Source: Octopus sinensis
Lineage: Eukaryota
Assembly: GCF_006345805.1 (NCBI RefSeq)
Contig: NC_043006.1
Coordinates: 101,122,001-101,186,000 of the forward strand
Length of the DNA stretch: 64,000 bases
Direction of reading: 5' to 3'
A model generated the notes under the pieces. That model was not told where the DNA came from, did not search any database, and saw nothing but the letters and a program-made list of their open reading frames with translations. Made by a program: the position numbers and the translations under genes. The number at the start of each line of letters is the position of its first letter. The stretch's first letter is position 1. Below, in pieces: positions 48,903 to 62,790 of this stretch.

Positions 48903-50348
48903 TATCATTTATAATAACAAATAGGATAGTGGTGACCATTTTGTACTCAGCAATTATCATCATTATCATCATCATCAGCGTCGTCCTCATCGTCATCATC
49001 ATCATCATCATTCTCATCATCATCATTGTCATCATCATCATTATTGTCGTCATCATTTAACATGCTGCATTCATGCTGGCATGGCCTGGTTAGTTTGACA
49101 GGGTCTAACAAATTGGAGGACTACATCATGCTCCAACATACAAGGTATTTTATTCATGACCCCAGTAATCTACAGACCTTCTTCACCAAATGTTGGTTCT
49201 ACATTCTCAAGATCTGGTGGCCATAAAAAATTTTAAGCACAAGTTTATGGGATCAAAGAAACCAAACTGCCATCAATCAAGAAATTCTGAAAAGGAAATG
49301 GGGCTGAATTGGTCACCCTCTAAGAAGAGGACCTCCAAGCTGCATTACAAGATAGGTGTGAGATTAGCAATCTGAAAGAAAGAGGAAAGTTGAACAACCT
49401 AAGAAGACCTGGGATGGATGCATGGAAGATGAAGCAAAAGTGATAGGTCTTTCTTGGTCTAAAATCAATAAATTCTGAACAGGAAATGGGGCTGAATTGG
49501 TCACCCTCTAAGAAGACCTCCAAGCAGCATTGCAAGACAAATGTTTGACTGGGAACCTGAAGGAAAGAGGGAAGCTGGAATATCAGTCTATATTGGTCTG
49601 GGATCAAGGAGGTAGCCCAAGGTTACAACCACGGGCATGAAATGGTCACGGTTCTATGCTTCTTACAGAGTAATGGGGACAAGCTTACCCAGTTCCAGTG
49701 ATTATCATCTCATAACTTGGAAGACTAAGGCTTTAAGTGGCCCCTATTATTGAGAGGACAGAAAAGTGAGAGGATGATGATCCTAGGTGGACGTATGGAA
49801 GATTGCAAGTAAGAGGACAAGCTGGGGGAGTATGATGGGGAACAGGGGAGAGAAAAGGGGTTAGTGTCAGGGTTGAGAAAAAGAAGGTGGGATAAAGTTG
49901 ACAAGGTGGCAACACTACCATATTTGATCAACTTCATTACAAATAGTAACACCACCAGTTACTATCATCATCATCAGCATCATCATTATCACTGCCACCG
50001 TCACCATCACCACTATCTTCACCATCATATCATCACCATCACCACCATCACCACCATCATCACCATGACAACCACCACCACTGTCACAAACAACCACCAA
50101 TGTGCCAAAAACTCAGCCACTATGCAGTCACACTACTTACAAGAAATATCAGCCAAATCTCCCTCACAAATCGCTCCTTACTATCTTAGAAAAGGATATA
50201 CTGGATAATGTGGCTGGAACCACATCATCATTATCATCGTCACCACCACCACCACAATCATCATCATCATCATCATCATCATCAACATCAACATCATCAT
50301 CATCATTACCACCATCCTAATCACCCTCAATATCATCATCATCATCAT

Positions 50349-50606
50349 CTATTTCTTTTCTACCCACAAGGGGCTACACACAGAGGGGACAAACAAGGAC
50401 AGACAAACGGATTAAGTCGATTACATCGACCCCAGTGCGTAGCTGCTACTTAATTTATCGACCCCAGTGCGTAGCTGCTACTTAATTTATCGACCCCGAA
50501 AGGATGAAAGGCAAAGTTGACCTTGGCGGAATTTGAACTCAGAACGTAACGGCAGACGAAATACGGCTACGCATTTCGTCCGGCGTGCTATCGTTTCTGC
50601 CATCGC

Positions 50607-50607
<1 letters not shown>
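50349..50607 (-). mobile_element. SINE B inserted in (CAT)n, with a 32-bp internal duplication
   Basis: ATCGACCCCAGTGCGTAGCTGCTACTTAATTT at 50425-50456 and 50457-50488. Confidence 0.9.
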
Positions 50608-50649
<42 letters not shown>

Positions 50650-50659
50650 GTCATCGTCG

Positions 50660-50704
<45 letters not shown>

Positions 50705-50879
50705 ACATCATCATCATCATCATCATCATCATCACCATCACCATCACCATCATCATCACCATCACCATCATCATCACCATCACCATCATCATCATCATCA
50801 TCATCACCATCACCATCACCATCACCATCATCATCACCATCACCATCATCATCATCATCATCATCACCATCACCATCAC

Positions 50880-50914
<35 letters not shown>

Positions 50915-50940
50915 CCATCACCATCACCATCATCATCATC

Positions 50941-50972
<32 letters not shown>

Positions 50973-51044
50973 CATCATCATCACCATCACCATCACCATC
51001 ATCATCACCATCACCATCATCATCATCATCACCATCACCATCAC

Positions 51045-51076
<32 letters not shown>

Positions 51077-51188
51077 CATCATCATCATCATCATCATCAT
51101 CATCACCATCACCATCACCATCACCATCATCATCATCATCATCATCATCATCACCATCACCATCACCATCATCATCATCATCATCATC

Positions 51189-51222
<34 letters not shown>

Positions 51223-51225
51223 TCA
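50608..51225. repeat. (CAT)n/(CATCAC)n array
   Basis: Direct reading; source of the poly-M, poly-S and poly-H ORFs. Confidence 0.97.
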
Positions 51226-51959
51226 ATACATCACTGTAAAGAAAGGAAAAAGAAAAGAAGTGGATGGACTGTGGCAGTTATAACGTTTATTTGGCTTATT
51301 TCTCTTTGATCTCTCTTTGTTTTCCTCCCACCTACATTCTATCCACCACCTTCCTCTCTTCTTCAAATAAACCACTGCACATCTACAAATTCAACAACAC
51401 TAACTGAACAGCGAAACTATTTCCAACTGAGAATTGAAACTCCACACAAGCTATTCATTCTCTTTCTTTTATTTATTCCATTCATGAACGGCTTATTTCT
51501 CCATCACACCTTCAACCCTCACGCCACATCAGCGATAGGATATCTAATAATAACATGCAGGCCAGTGACCCAGAAGAATAACCAGGAGAGCCAAAGAAAG
51601 CAGCAAGAACGAAAATGGTTTTGTGCTTGGTGTGAATAATTGAAACACATCAGCAATGTTTGTCCAGTGACTGTGGTTAGTCAAACAACCAAATTCTTCA
51701 ATACTACTGACTGTCTTGTAGAGAGGAAAGAATTTCTCAAGTCATTTTTCATAAATTCTCTCTCTCTCACTCTCTTTCTCTTTATCTATCTATCATCATT
51801 ATCTATATATCTGTCTGTCTGTCTGTCTGTTACCTTCTCACACTCTCAGACTTTAGGTGCTGATTTTAATATCAGCTAGTGTAGTAAGAAGGAAACAAAA
51901 AATAGTTATTGGTATACATTTCTGCGTGTGTGTGCATATGTGCATGCACACATATATAT

Positions 51960-51967
51960 ATATATAG

Positions 51968-52005
<38 letters not shown>

Positions 52006-52067
52006 CGACATACACACACACATATATATATATATATGTATATATATATATGAACATACACACACAT

Positions 52068-52117
<50 letters not shown>

Positions 52118-52185
52118 ATATATATACATGTATATATATATATGAACATACACACACACATATATATATATATATGTGTATATAT

Positions 52186-52224
<39 letters not shown>

Positions 52225-52610
52225 TGATGACATTTTGTGTGTGTATATATATATATGAACATACACACACATACACACACACTAAATATATATGCATGCA
52301 ATTAATTATAGATACAAGTATTTGTACATAAAGGTGCAGGTAGATTCACTAACAGATACATACGGACATTACACATATGCACACACACACACACACACAT
52401 CTATATTGAAACACATACATTTATAAATATGTAAATATATAGTTCCCACACACACACACACACACACACATGCAGTTATGTGAGTCTATGTGAAAGTATG
52501 CATACATGGTTGTGTGTGTGTGTATCTGTGTGTGTGTGTGTGTGTGTCTGTGTGTGTGTGTGTGTGTGTGGTGTGTGTGTGTGTGTGTGTGTGGTTGTGT
52601 GTGTGTTAAA
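51960..52610. repeat. Compound (GA)/(TA)/(CA)/(TG) microsatellite region
   Basis: Direct reading. Confidence 0.9.
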
Positions 52611-53579
52611 AGAAGCTAACAGAGGTTTTAGGGAAATATTCCAAACACTCTGAAAGCCGAGTCTTCAATAAGCAAATCCTTTCACTTTCCAAAGAGTTCC
52701 ATCTGATATTAAAATCTGAAGCTATGTTTCGTATCTGATCTTAATATAGCAATACCTCCACATCCATTATTCTGTAGATACTGGAACCAGTTCCAAACTA
52801 ATAATTACTGGACCAAATATCTTTATAATGTGTGTAGGAATGTAAGAGAAACGAAAAAGAGGACATGAATAGAAAAGAAAAGGAAAAAAGCAATAATTTG
52901 CTTGGTTGACACTAATATACAATATTCATGCAGTTTATAGTACCATTATATTAAGAAAACACCAATTTCTTGTATCTTTGCATTTTGTCTTCTTTATTTG
53001 TTTATATATTTATTATATATTAAGATTTTCTGGAATAGACATTGGCGAAAATACCTAAAGCTAAACAACTTGTTTAATGCTATTGTCCATAAATTTCCAA
53101 AGGAAGAAAATTCCATCTACACAATGGTTACAATGTTGGGCTTACAACCAATTGACTATTTATGTTAGGAAACCTGTTTGGATATAGTGTTTATTGCAAT
53201 GGATTTACAAATATGGTGAGAGATTCTAGATATACAAAAGGTAACATAACTATAGAATAGTACTTGGTAGTGGATAGAATCATAAAAGCTACGATACAGG
53301 CTTGGAGATATTAGAAAAAAAGGAGGAAGCAGAAGCAGGAATGGAGAAGATTGTACCAGTTCTGTGATGTGTGGATCAATGGTATGAGGTGTTTTGGATG
53401 GAAAGTAGTATACTGGAGAGAGACGCACAGAGATGCATGGGAAATGATAAACTATGCATTGATCTGACTGATAGCAAAAGAGAGAAGCACTGGTTGCTAT
53501 TGCGATGCAGTTGGATTAGGCCAAGGCAAGGGAGAGAGAGTCTAGCCCTAGTAGACCCAGCAGAGGGCCCAGTCATTAA

Positions 53580-53785
53580 CCCTTTAGTATTTAAACCAGC
53601 CTTTTCCAGCCAAAGTATTCTACCTGTTTTGGGTCCAAACTGGGCAGATCCAACACCTCACACCTACTCTATGTTTTAAAAACAAGCAAGTACACCATTG
53701 AAATTTAAAAGTTATAAGATAATGTGTGATTAATTTAGATTAATGTGAATAAATAAGCATTGCATTCAACAGAATAATCTGAATA
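53580..53785 (+). mobile_element. MITE family E, 3' truncated
   Basis: TTAA|CCCTTTAGTATTTAAACC; body matches 62791-63010. Confidence 0.75.
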
Positions 53786-53810
53786 AAGTTGACAGCAGTA
53801 GAATATATAG

Positions 53811-54214
53811 AACTAGCAGTATCGCCCGGTGTTGCTCGAGTTTGTAAGGGAAATAACTTTATAAGCATTTTTAGAGAGTTATAGCCAAAAAATAGCAAAA
53901 AAAATGCATTAAAAATGGAAAAAAATTATGGTAAATTTTTTTTTAATCGTTGACTCATCGTAGACATTTTTAGAGAGTTACTTCCCTTATATAATAGCGA
54001 AAAAATGCAATTAAAATGGAAAAAAATGATGGTAAATTATTTTTAAAATCGTAGACTCATCGTAGACATGCACTAATACCCAGAAGGGCTTGATATGAAT
54101 CACGACTATAAGATACCCGGTTTTGGTTAAACTGCACCGCTAAATGTGGGAGTAGTTAGGAATCTAAATCGTAGGAGACAGACAGCACACAACCTCACTT
54201 TTATATATAAAGAT
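53811..54214 (+). mobile_element. HINE/DINE-1-like (Helentron-associated) non-autonomous element, family F copy 1
   Basis: 5' ACTAGCAGTATCGCCCGGTGTTGCTCG stem-loop; internal tandem unit; 3' ACAGACAG...TTTTATATATAAAGAT. The class call comes from terminal architecture only. Confidence 0.65.
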
Positions 54215-54520
54215 GATCAAGTGTATGAAGGCGGGGAAAGCAGTTGGTCCATCAGAGAGACAGTTGTTGGGATGCTTAAAACATCTGGTGAAATAGGACA
54301 TGTGCTAGCCTTTTGAATCAGGTAATGCAGAAAGGTATCACACTTAGTGACTGGCATAACAATATCATTGTCAATTGCTACAAGAACAAAAGAGACACAC
54401 TTAAGAAAGGCTACTATCTATAGAGGTATCAGCTCGTTATGAAAGTTACAGAAAGAACTGTTGCAAAATTGACAAGGAACACAGTTACCCTGGATGAGAT
54501 GCAGAAGTACCACATATTCC
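54215..54520 (+). mobile_element. Old RTE RT-domain fragment
   Basis: MKAGKAVGPS and DWHNNIIVNCYKNKRDTL, homologous to the RTE RT N-terminus near 38400-38580. Confidence 0.65.
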
Positions 54521-54571
54521 TAGTGAGATAACTTCAGAAGTGCTTAGAAGTAAGAAGCTACTATATTTAGC

Positions 54572-54967
54572 ATTAGCAGTATCGCCCGGCGTTGCTCGGG
54601 TTTGTAAGGGAAATAACTATATAAGCATTTTTAGAGATGTAAAGTATAATAGTCATCTCAATATGGCTAACCACAAAGGGGGGTGTTACTGTAGCTGTTT
54701 ACGTTCTGAGATTTAATATTAAATTTTTAGAGAGTTACTTCCCTTATATATGCCAAAAATGCATTAAAAATGGGAAAAATTGATGGTAATTTTTTTTTTA
54801 ATCGTAGACTCATCGTAGATGCGCTCTAATACCCAGAAGGGCTCGATATGAATCACGACTATAAGATACCCGGTTTTGGTTAAACTGCACCGCAAAATGT
54901 GGGAGTAATTAGGAATCTAAATCGTAGGAGACAGACAGCACACAACCTCTCTTTTATATATAAAGAT
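54572..54967 (+). mobile_element. Family F copy 2
   Basis: Same termini as 53811-54214. Confidence 0.65.
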
Positions 54968-56255
54968 TTGTCAATCTGAAAAATGTTTGATAGGTCCCTC
55001 TCACTGATCTGGTAGTAATCACTGAGGAGGCTAGAATAGATGGCTTAAGAACACTGTACAGTTGCCAGACTGAGGACATGGTGGAAAAATTTAAGGAACT
55101 GTTGCTTCTGCAGGCAACAAAGGGTTTCTTTTTTCAAGAAAATACTCCCGTTAAGTCTCTATCTACTGTGAGTACAAAGAACTGTGATTACCAAAGAGGA
55201 CACACATATCTGCATAAGCACAGCTCTATGGTGCTCAATATAATGGTGATAGTGATGGAGCTTGGTCTGTTGTCCAGTGCTCCTCTTAAGTCTCAATCTA
55301 CCGTCTTAGCTCCTTTTACTCTCTGTCATTTTCACTACACCATGCAGCCTCTATAGCAAGGGATGGCATCTGACTTGTCTATACTCAGTCCCTTCATTCT
55401 CATCCCTTATCATACCACCCCCACCTCTCTCTCCCACAATCACTCATTAACCTACCACCTAACCTCTCTTCTATAATTGCTCATTATCATATTACCCTAC
55501 CATTATCTCCACAATCATCCATCCAACAGGTATTCATGGCTAAGAACCTGAAAGAATGAAAGGCAAGGATAACCTTAGCAGGATTTGAACTCAGAGTGCA
55601 AAGACTCAGGCCACATACCACAAGGCATTCTATCCAACACTCTAATGACTGCCAATTTGTCATGCAGAACTATTCAAAAGTATTCCAGTTGTGTTCATTG
55701 TGTCTTTTTTTATCAGGGGTTTCTCCGACTATATTATCAGCTGCAGGACTGCATCAGGTTTCAATTTCATATCTTGGCATGGTTTCTACATCTGGATGCC
55801 CTTCCTAATGCTAACTGTTTCACAGAGAGTACTGGGTACTTTTTATATGCCACAGAGTTTGATTTGAAGAGAATTTGCCTGTTATTTTTAGCAGGCTTAG
55901 AAGCTCTTCTTTTAACTCAATGGTCTGTTATCAGACTTGGTTCATAAGCTATAGATTTCCAGAGGGAAAAAAACATTCAATGATATAACAATTACAACAA
56001 TATATATCTTAATTCTTTTTAAATAGTTTTGCATAATAGTATTCTAAGCCAACAAAAGTGACCAGCGTATAACATTTATATTAGGTCTACTTTTATGGTG
56101 TAGTGAGTGAAGAACCATTGCTTGAAATGGAACTGCTATTGTGTAAACATAATTACAGAAAGTCTTTAACTGCAGACTGTTGAAATATTTGCTAACTATA
56201 CACTATTTGTTAATCAAAACTAGGTACAGGTATGGCTATGAGGCATTGCTGAAAT

Positions 56256-56520
56256 GGAGGCATGCGGCTTAGTGGTTAAGGTGTTGGACTCATGATCGTA
56301 AGATTGTGGTTTCAATTGCTGGACTGGATGACACGTTGTGCTCTTGAGCAACACACTTCGTTTCACATTGCTTCAGTCCATTCAGCTTGCAAAAGTGAGT
56401 AATCTTGCAACAGACTGGCGTCCCATCCAGGTGAAGAATATATACATCATGAACCCACGGAAACTGGCACTTATGAACCAGCATGACTTCAGAAGTTAGC
56501 TTTAACTTTTTTTGCTTTTT
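56256..56520 (+). mobile_element. tRNA-headed SINE family D with a V-SINE-like central motif
   Basis: GGCTTAGTGGTTAAGG box A; ACAGACTGGCGTCCCATCCAGG resembles, from memory, the V-domain motif. Confidence 0.6.
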
Positions 56521-56551
56521 ACGAAGCATGGGAATGGTTGTGTATGTATTA

Positions 56552-56945
56552 GGAACAGAAGTAGTTGTGTGGTTAAGAATCTTACTTCCCAATCACTCTA
56601 TTTTGGGCTCTGTCCCACTTTTTGGCACCTCCTGTCTTTTACTATAGTCCTTGGCCAACCAAACATTTCAGGCTCTGTCCCACTTTTTGGCATCTCAGGT
56701 GTGTTTTACTATAGTCCTGGGCCAACCAAAGACTTGAGAGTTGATTTGATTGATTATGTTTGAAAGAAACCTTTGTTTTCAATCTCCCCTGAAAACATGC
56801 TCCGTTATGAGAGAAATATTCCATTTCTTGGAAACAGACGAGGATTGACAACAGGAAAGTAGAAACAGCAGTGGAAATTCTGCCTCAATGGATTCTGTCT
56901 GACCCATACAGACCCAGTAAAGTGGAAGTTAAAATGATATTAAAT
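56552..56945 (+). mobile_element. Degenerate chimeric SINE (A head plus RTE tail) with an internal duplication of about 65 bp
   Basis: Same layout as 1510-1975; GGCTCTGTCCCACTTTTTGGCA occurs twice. Confidence 0.55.
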
Positions 56946-57014
56946 GATGATGTTGATGATAATGATGCAGTGGCAGGTGATGATGTTGATGATAATGATG
57001 ATGCCACTACTGTT

Positions 57015-57056
<42 letters not shown>

Positions 57057-57200
57057 CATGATCATGATGATGATGATGATGATAATGATGATGATGGTGA
57101 TGATGCGGCTGATGATGATGACGATGATGATGATGATGCAGATGATGATGGTGGTGATGATGATGATGATGACAATAACAATGGCAACAACGACACTGCC
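56943..57200. repeat. (GAT)n-rich array following an RTE-type tail
   Basis: Direct reading. Confidence 0.93.
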
Positions 57201-57496
57201 ACAAATAACGACTCTGCTTAAATTTCGTGCAATGTTGAATTGCTGTACAATCATGGATAGAGCAAATCACAGAAGATAGATTAAAGAATCATTGATCTCT
57301 CAGTGAGTAGAGCAATAATTATATTGATTCAGTCAGAGAGTGTTTATACTGAAGAATGATATCAGCATTGAGAGTAAAAGCAATGTTTGAGCTCATTCCG
57401 ATTGATGGTTTGTGCATCCAGCTCTGTATTACTGTGTCAATGAACTTCTTTCACTCGAGAAACAGAAGAAGCTATGGCCATTAGGACACGGTACAC

Positions 57497-57750
57497 CATA
57501 GTGGCTGTGTGGTAAGAACCTTGCTTCCCAACCACATGGTTCTAGGTGCAGCCCCACTGCATGACACCTTGAGTAAGTGTCTTCTACTATAGCCTCAGGC
57601 CAACCAAAGCCTTGTGAATGGATTTTGTAGACAGAAACTGACAGAAGCCTGTCGTATATATGTGTGTGTGTGTGTGCGTGTGCGTGTGCGTGTGCGTGTG
57701 TGTGTGTGTCTGTGTGTGTGTGTGTGTGTGTGCGTGTGTGTGTGTATATA
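57497..57750 (+). mobile_element. SINE A head ending in its internal (TG)n
   Basis: AGTGGCTGTGTGGTAAG...GAAGCCTGTCGTATATA(TG)n. Confidence 0.8.
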
Positions 57751-58010
57751 TATACATATACATAATGATATAAGGGCCCTTTTCTGGATGTTGTCCAGAA
57801 TATCTGTGTGCACGTCAACAGTGCTGTCCCAGATGTGGGAGCATGCTTTGTTGTGGTCCTCACTAGAGCTTTGATGAGTCTGAGCAACTGTTTGGGGTTT
57901 AAGTATTTTCTGACTCTGAAAAGAAGGCCAGTCTTTGAGATGCAGTCCTAGACATTGTAACGAGAGATCATCAGGGATTGTAAAACCTAACAATCAGAGT
58001 GACTATTTAA

Positions 58011-58360
58011 CCCATTAGCAGTTAAACCGGCCACATCTGACCAGAATATTCTACTTGTTTTAAGTTCAAACCAACCAGATCAGTCCTCTCATACCTACCC
58101 TACAATGTTATTCTAAAAATAAGCAATCATATCATCAAAATCTCGAAGCTATGTGATAATGCCTAATTAATTCAAAACAATGTGAATAAGGCGCAGAAGT
58201 GGCTGTGTGGTAAGTAGCTTGCTAACCAACCACATGGTTCCGGGTTCAGTCCCACTGCGTGGCATCTTGGGCAAGTGTCTTCTGCTATAGCCCCGGGCCG
58301 ACCAATGCCTTGTGAGTGGATTTGGTAGACGGAAACTGTAAGAAGCCTGTCGTATATATG

Positions 58361-58391
<31 letters not shown>

Positions 58392-58644
58392 TTGTGTGTC
58401 TGTGTTTGTCCCCTTAGCATTGCTTGACAACCGATGCTGGTGTGTTTACGTCCCCGTCACTTAGCGATTCGGCAAAAGAGACCGATAGAATAAGTACTGG
58501 GCTTACAAAGAATAAGTCCCGGGGTCGATTTGCTCGACTAAAGGCAGTGCTCCAGTATGGCCGCAGTCAAATGACTGAAACAAGTGAAAGAGTAAAAGAG
58601 TAAATAAGCATTGCATTTCACAGAATGATCTGAATACTAAAAGG
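58011..58644 (+). mobile_element. MITE family E interrupted by SINE A
   Basis: TTAA at 58007 and 58645; ends CCCATTAG and CTAAAAGG. Confidence 0.8.
58190..58602 (+). mobile_element. SINE A, full length, young
   Basis: Near identical to 22220-22640. Confidence 0.92.
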
Positions 58645-59139
58645 TTAAGAAAACTGAAGATTTAATGATAAACAAGGGTAAAATTTCATGTATCACCTAT
58701 ATGAGATTAGCTAGAATAATAAAATACTGTGCATGACATTTTAATAACAGGTTCCTGTGAATGGAGCATGGAAATTGAATATCGTGTGTGGGTAGACTGA
58801 AGTTGGTAAGAACAAATGCATGACCTAGCTTTTTTTTCCGATGTCATCATTGAAAGAACAAACACCATTTCAGTAGAGGTGGGAGTTCGTTTAACGTCCC
58901 TCTCTCTCTTTCGGAGAGGCACTGAGAAGCTATACGCACACATACACACACGGCAGTAACTCCCGCCTGCCGAATTCAATCACAAAGCTCCAGTCAGCTC
59001 GGGGCTATAGCGGAAGACAGCTACCCAAAGTGCCACGCAGTGGGACTGAACCCGAAACCATGCAGTTAGGAAGCAAGCTCCCTAACCACACAGCCATGCC
59101 CGCGATGATGTAAATAAGAACTTTGGAAGAGAAATATCG

Positions 59140-59347
59140 GTTTCAAATTTTGGCACAAGGCTAACAGTCTTGGGAGAGGGGTCAAGTCAATTAAATCAAC
59201 CCCAGTGCTCAACTGATATTTTATTGATCCCGAAAGGCTGAAAGTCAAAGTCAACCTTGGCAGAATTTGAACACATAAGATAATGATGGACGAAATACCA
59301 CTAAGCATTTTTCCAGGCATGCTAATGATTCTGCCAGCTTGATACCT
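59140..59347 (-). mobile_element. SINE B, degenerate
   Basis: AAAGTCAACCTTGGCAGAATTTGAAC...GATTCTGCCAGCT. Confidence 0.75.
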
Positions 59348-59762
59348 TAAGAGAAGTAAATATTGAGAGTTATAATATTTGATTAGAGAGAGACACCTCG
59401 TTCAAAAAGATTTTTGTTGTCACTTACATATTATGTAGAACATTGATAATGAAAGAAATTACATTATTTGAAATGTAATAACTCAGTTGTATTATTGGTT
59501 AATGAGCAAACAGTAAAATCTTAATGATGACATAAAGGATATATTTCTTTGGTTCAACAGAGGAAATGAAAACACTTCACTATAGCAGTGCAATGAAATT
59601 TATTGGAAGAACTGTAAATAGAATTAAAAGTGTTTGAGAAACCACAACAATGCAAGTTAGAAATAGAGAAATAAAAAGAAAAAACAAAAGTGTACAATTT
59701 CACCTTATTTCTTTAAAAATTTCAACAATACAAGGCCCTAATTATGAATGGAGGCGAATTAA

Positions 59763-60393
59763 CCCTTTAGCATTCAGATTATTCTGTTATATGTAATGGG
59801 TTTTTTTTTTTCCACTTCATTTTGAATTAATCATGCATTATCTCATAGCTCCGAGATTTTGATGATCTGATTGTATATCTTTACAATGATATTGTAGGGT
59901 AGGTGTAAGAGGCTAGATTTTCATAGTTTGAACATAAAACTGGTGCAGCACAATGGGACTGAACCTGGAACCATGTGATTTGGAAGCAAGCCTCTTACCA
60001 TACAAACAATGCCTGCGCTTACTCAATTCTACACACAAGGTTTTAGTCAGCCAGGAGTTATTGTAAGAAGACATTTACCCAAGGGGCCTACAATGCCGGA
60101 GGGTGTATACTTTTAAGGATGTTTTCCTTGTTTACAATTGTATTTGATTCATTGTTATGTAACTGACATCCTCCAATCTACTGACAGAAACTATATGAAA
60201 TTTTTTAATTAATTTTTTAAATAATTAAGAACCTGAGGTAGTTATTTAATATAACTAACTTTTCTGTTATTAATCTGGTGACAGGAACACAACAGAAGAA
60301 TTTCACACAAAATTGTAATGAGAGTTTTTAATTTAAATACAAACATTTTAAAACTGACAGGTATGGCCAGTTTATATACTAAATGCTAAAGGG
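59763..60393 (-). mobile_element. MITE family E split by roughly 400 bp of inserted sequence
   Basis: TTAA|CCCTTTAGCATTCAG at 59759 and ATGCTAAAGGG|TTAA at 60394. Confidence 0.7.
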
Positions 60394-60953
60394 TTAAAAT
60401 GCCATTCTAATATTCATTGACATTAATGTCTTGGAGAAGAATTGTGATATTCACAGCTGTGTGGGATTATGGGGAATTTTGTGCCAGTCCTGTATTTATG
60501 GTGTTTATGGAATCAGTTTTAATTATTCAAAGATTTGCATCATTTCAAAATGAAATATTTGCAAGAAAGCTTATTTCTTATTTAGCCGTTCTTCCAGAAT
60601 ATGCGTAAATCATTGTCTTGATGAACATCTCAAACACAAATGCGCATTCTTAGAATTTTTCAGAGTACAAAAGTGAATGCATCTTTGAGATTTTGATTCT
60701 CAGACTTAACAACAATATCCAAAATAATGCCTATAAAAAGTTCATTCACATCTACTTCTTGGTCTATTTCTTCCATTTGACATACTGGATCATGAGATAG
60801 TTTTGTACAATTTGTACCATCTCTTCAAATGGTTTTAATTAATCAACATGGAATCAGAGATGATAAAAATATAATACAGGAAATGATCAGGTTCTGACTT
60901 GTGGCTTACTTTTAAATTTTGACTCATTCATCCAACAAAAGACATTTATTAAC

Positions 60954-61461
60954 CACTAGCAGTATCGCCCAGCATTGCTCGGGTTTGTAAGGGAAATAAC
61001 TATATAAGCATTTTTAGAGAGTTATAGCCAAAAGATAGCAAAACAATGCATTAAAAATGGAAAAAAAATTATGGTAAATTTTTTTTTAAATCGTTGACTC
61101 ATCGTAGACATTTTTAGAGAGTTACTTCCCTTATATAATAGCGAAAAAAATGCCTTAAAATGGAAAAAAATGATGGTAATTTTTTTTTAAATCGTTGACT
61201 CATCGTAGACATTTTTAGAGAGTTACTTCCCTTATATAATAGCGAAAAAAATGCCTTAAAATGGAAAAAAATGATGGTAATTTTTTTTTTAAATCGTAGA
61301 CTCATTGTAGACATGCGCTAATACCCAGAAGGGCTTGATATGAATCACGACTATAAGATACCCGGTTTTGGTTAAACTGCATCGCAAAATGTGGGAGTAG
61401 TTAGGAATCTAAATCGTAGGAGACAGACACACAAATTAATTTTTTTTTGATATACAAAGAT
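60954..61461 (+). mobile_element. Family F copy 3 with an extra internal tandem unit
   Basis: Same termini; unit of about 100 bp beginning CATTTTTAGAGAGTTA occurs three times. Confidence 0.65.
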
Positions 61462-62790
61462 TAACAATCAAACTTGAATGTAGTTGTTTTATTTGCTAGA
61501 CATAGCATAGAAATCTCCCTCGAATCACACCTTAGCATTTTTTAAAACAAACTGTGATAGAAAAGGATATTATAATATAATTCTATGAAAACTGACTGGA
61601 TTGTCGTGGTGAGAATGTCTTCAATCAAAAGTCTACTCAATAATGGTTGACTTGAGGCTAAACAAAATCATTATCAACAAATGCTGAATGATTGTTGACA
61701 CAAACTAAAGACTGCAAGACAAGATACCACACTTTTACCTCTTAACTAACATGCCCACTTCATGATTGAAGTTTTTGATCCCGAAAGCATCAGTATGTGA
61801 TTATTCTTTAAGAGGGAAAAATAATGCTGTAAATCACTCACAGCCAAGGAAATTTCTCCCCTCGATTATTATACTATGATACCATGCCAAATTAAGGATA
61901 TTTCATGCACTTCTATAGAGTGGTGTTCTGTCACAAGATCTGATATACAGTGGAAAAGGATATACTTTGCTAAAGAGGTTTAACAAGATTGAAACATGTT
62001 CAAAATTGCTACCATGTTTTTCAATGATTAGATTAATGTAATATTCATTCAAAACTTACATTTTCCATGTTTCTACCACACGTGTAATTCAAATTTTAAT
62101 AAATTATAATGAAATTAAAATTGAAATTTTATTTAATTTAAAATTTATCAATTAAAATTTTAACTAATTAAAATTTTAATTAACTAAAAGTTCTCACTCC
62201 TTTTACTTGACCAGATTTAATTAAAATGAGTCATTCAACATATGTTTCCTTCACTTCATTACAAAATTAATTTTAATTAATTGAAATGTTCTTGCTCACT
62301 ACATGAAGAATATCAGCACTCAATGAACAGCTTAGCTAATTAATAGTCACTCCTATTCTGCTCAGCATTCAATAAGAAACAGTAAGGAATTCTTTATTAT
62401 TGATCAGACAAAATTCTTATCAATTCTATCATGGTTTCCAAAGCTGGAAAATTCTCTCTAATCCTTTTTTGGAATTCATACCAAGAAACATATGAAGCTA
62501 TAAAATCTTCAAAATCACTAAAATTTGGTAGTCACCAAGAGCTCATTCAAATAAAAGACAAATTGCATATTAGTTGATCTTAATTGGTCACCTATAAAAC
62601 AGAGTGTGTATTTTTATAAATGTGTTCCTTATATACAATTAAAATGAGATGTATAATTTTGAAGATACTTTCATTATATCCAATAACAGTAGGTGTGTAT
62701 TCTTAAAGACACTTTCCTTATTTACTTTTAAAATGGGTGCTTACTTTTAAAGGCACTTTTCTTATTTAAATAAAAGGCATATATATTTAA

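Noticed and set aside
49280-49560. Direct duplication of about 70 bp (AGGAAATGGGGCTGAATTGGTCACCCTCTAAGAAG)
   Set aside because: Real but isolated, in degenerate sequence of unknown origin; no functional inference possible.
50487-51309. Poly-M, poly-S/H and poly-I/T ORFs of 196-258 aa
   Set aside because: Translations of (CAT)n/(CATCAC)n.
60400-60830. Minus-strand stretch with protein-like composition and a faint cadherin-like TAVNITILLQDIN
   Set aside because: Several stops, no other cadherin motifs; too weak to call a pseudogene.
62080-62290. AT-rich palindromic stretch (AATTAAAATTTTAATT)
   Set aside because: Expected by chance at this A/T content; no defined termini.
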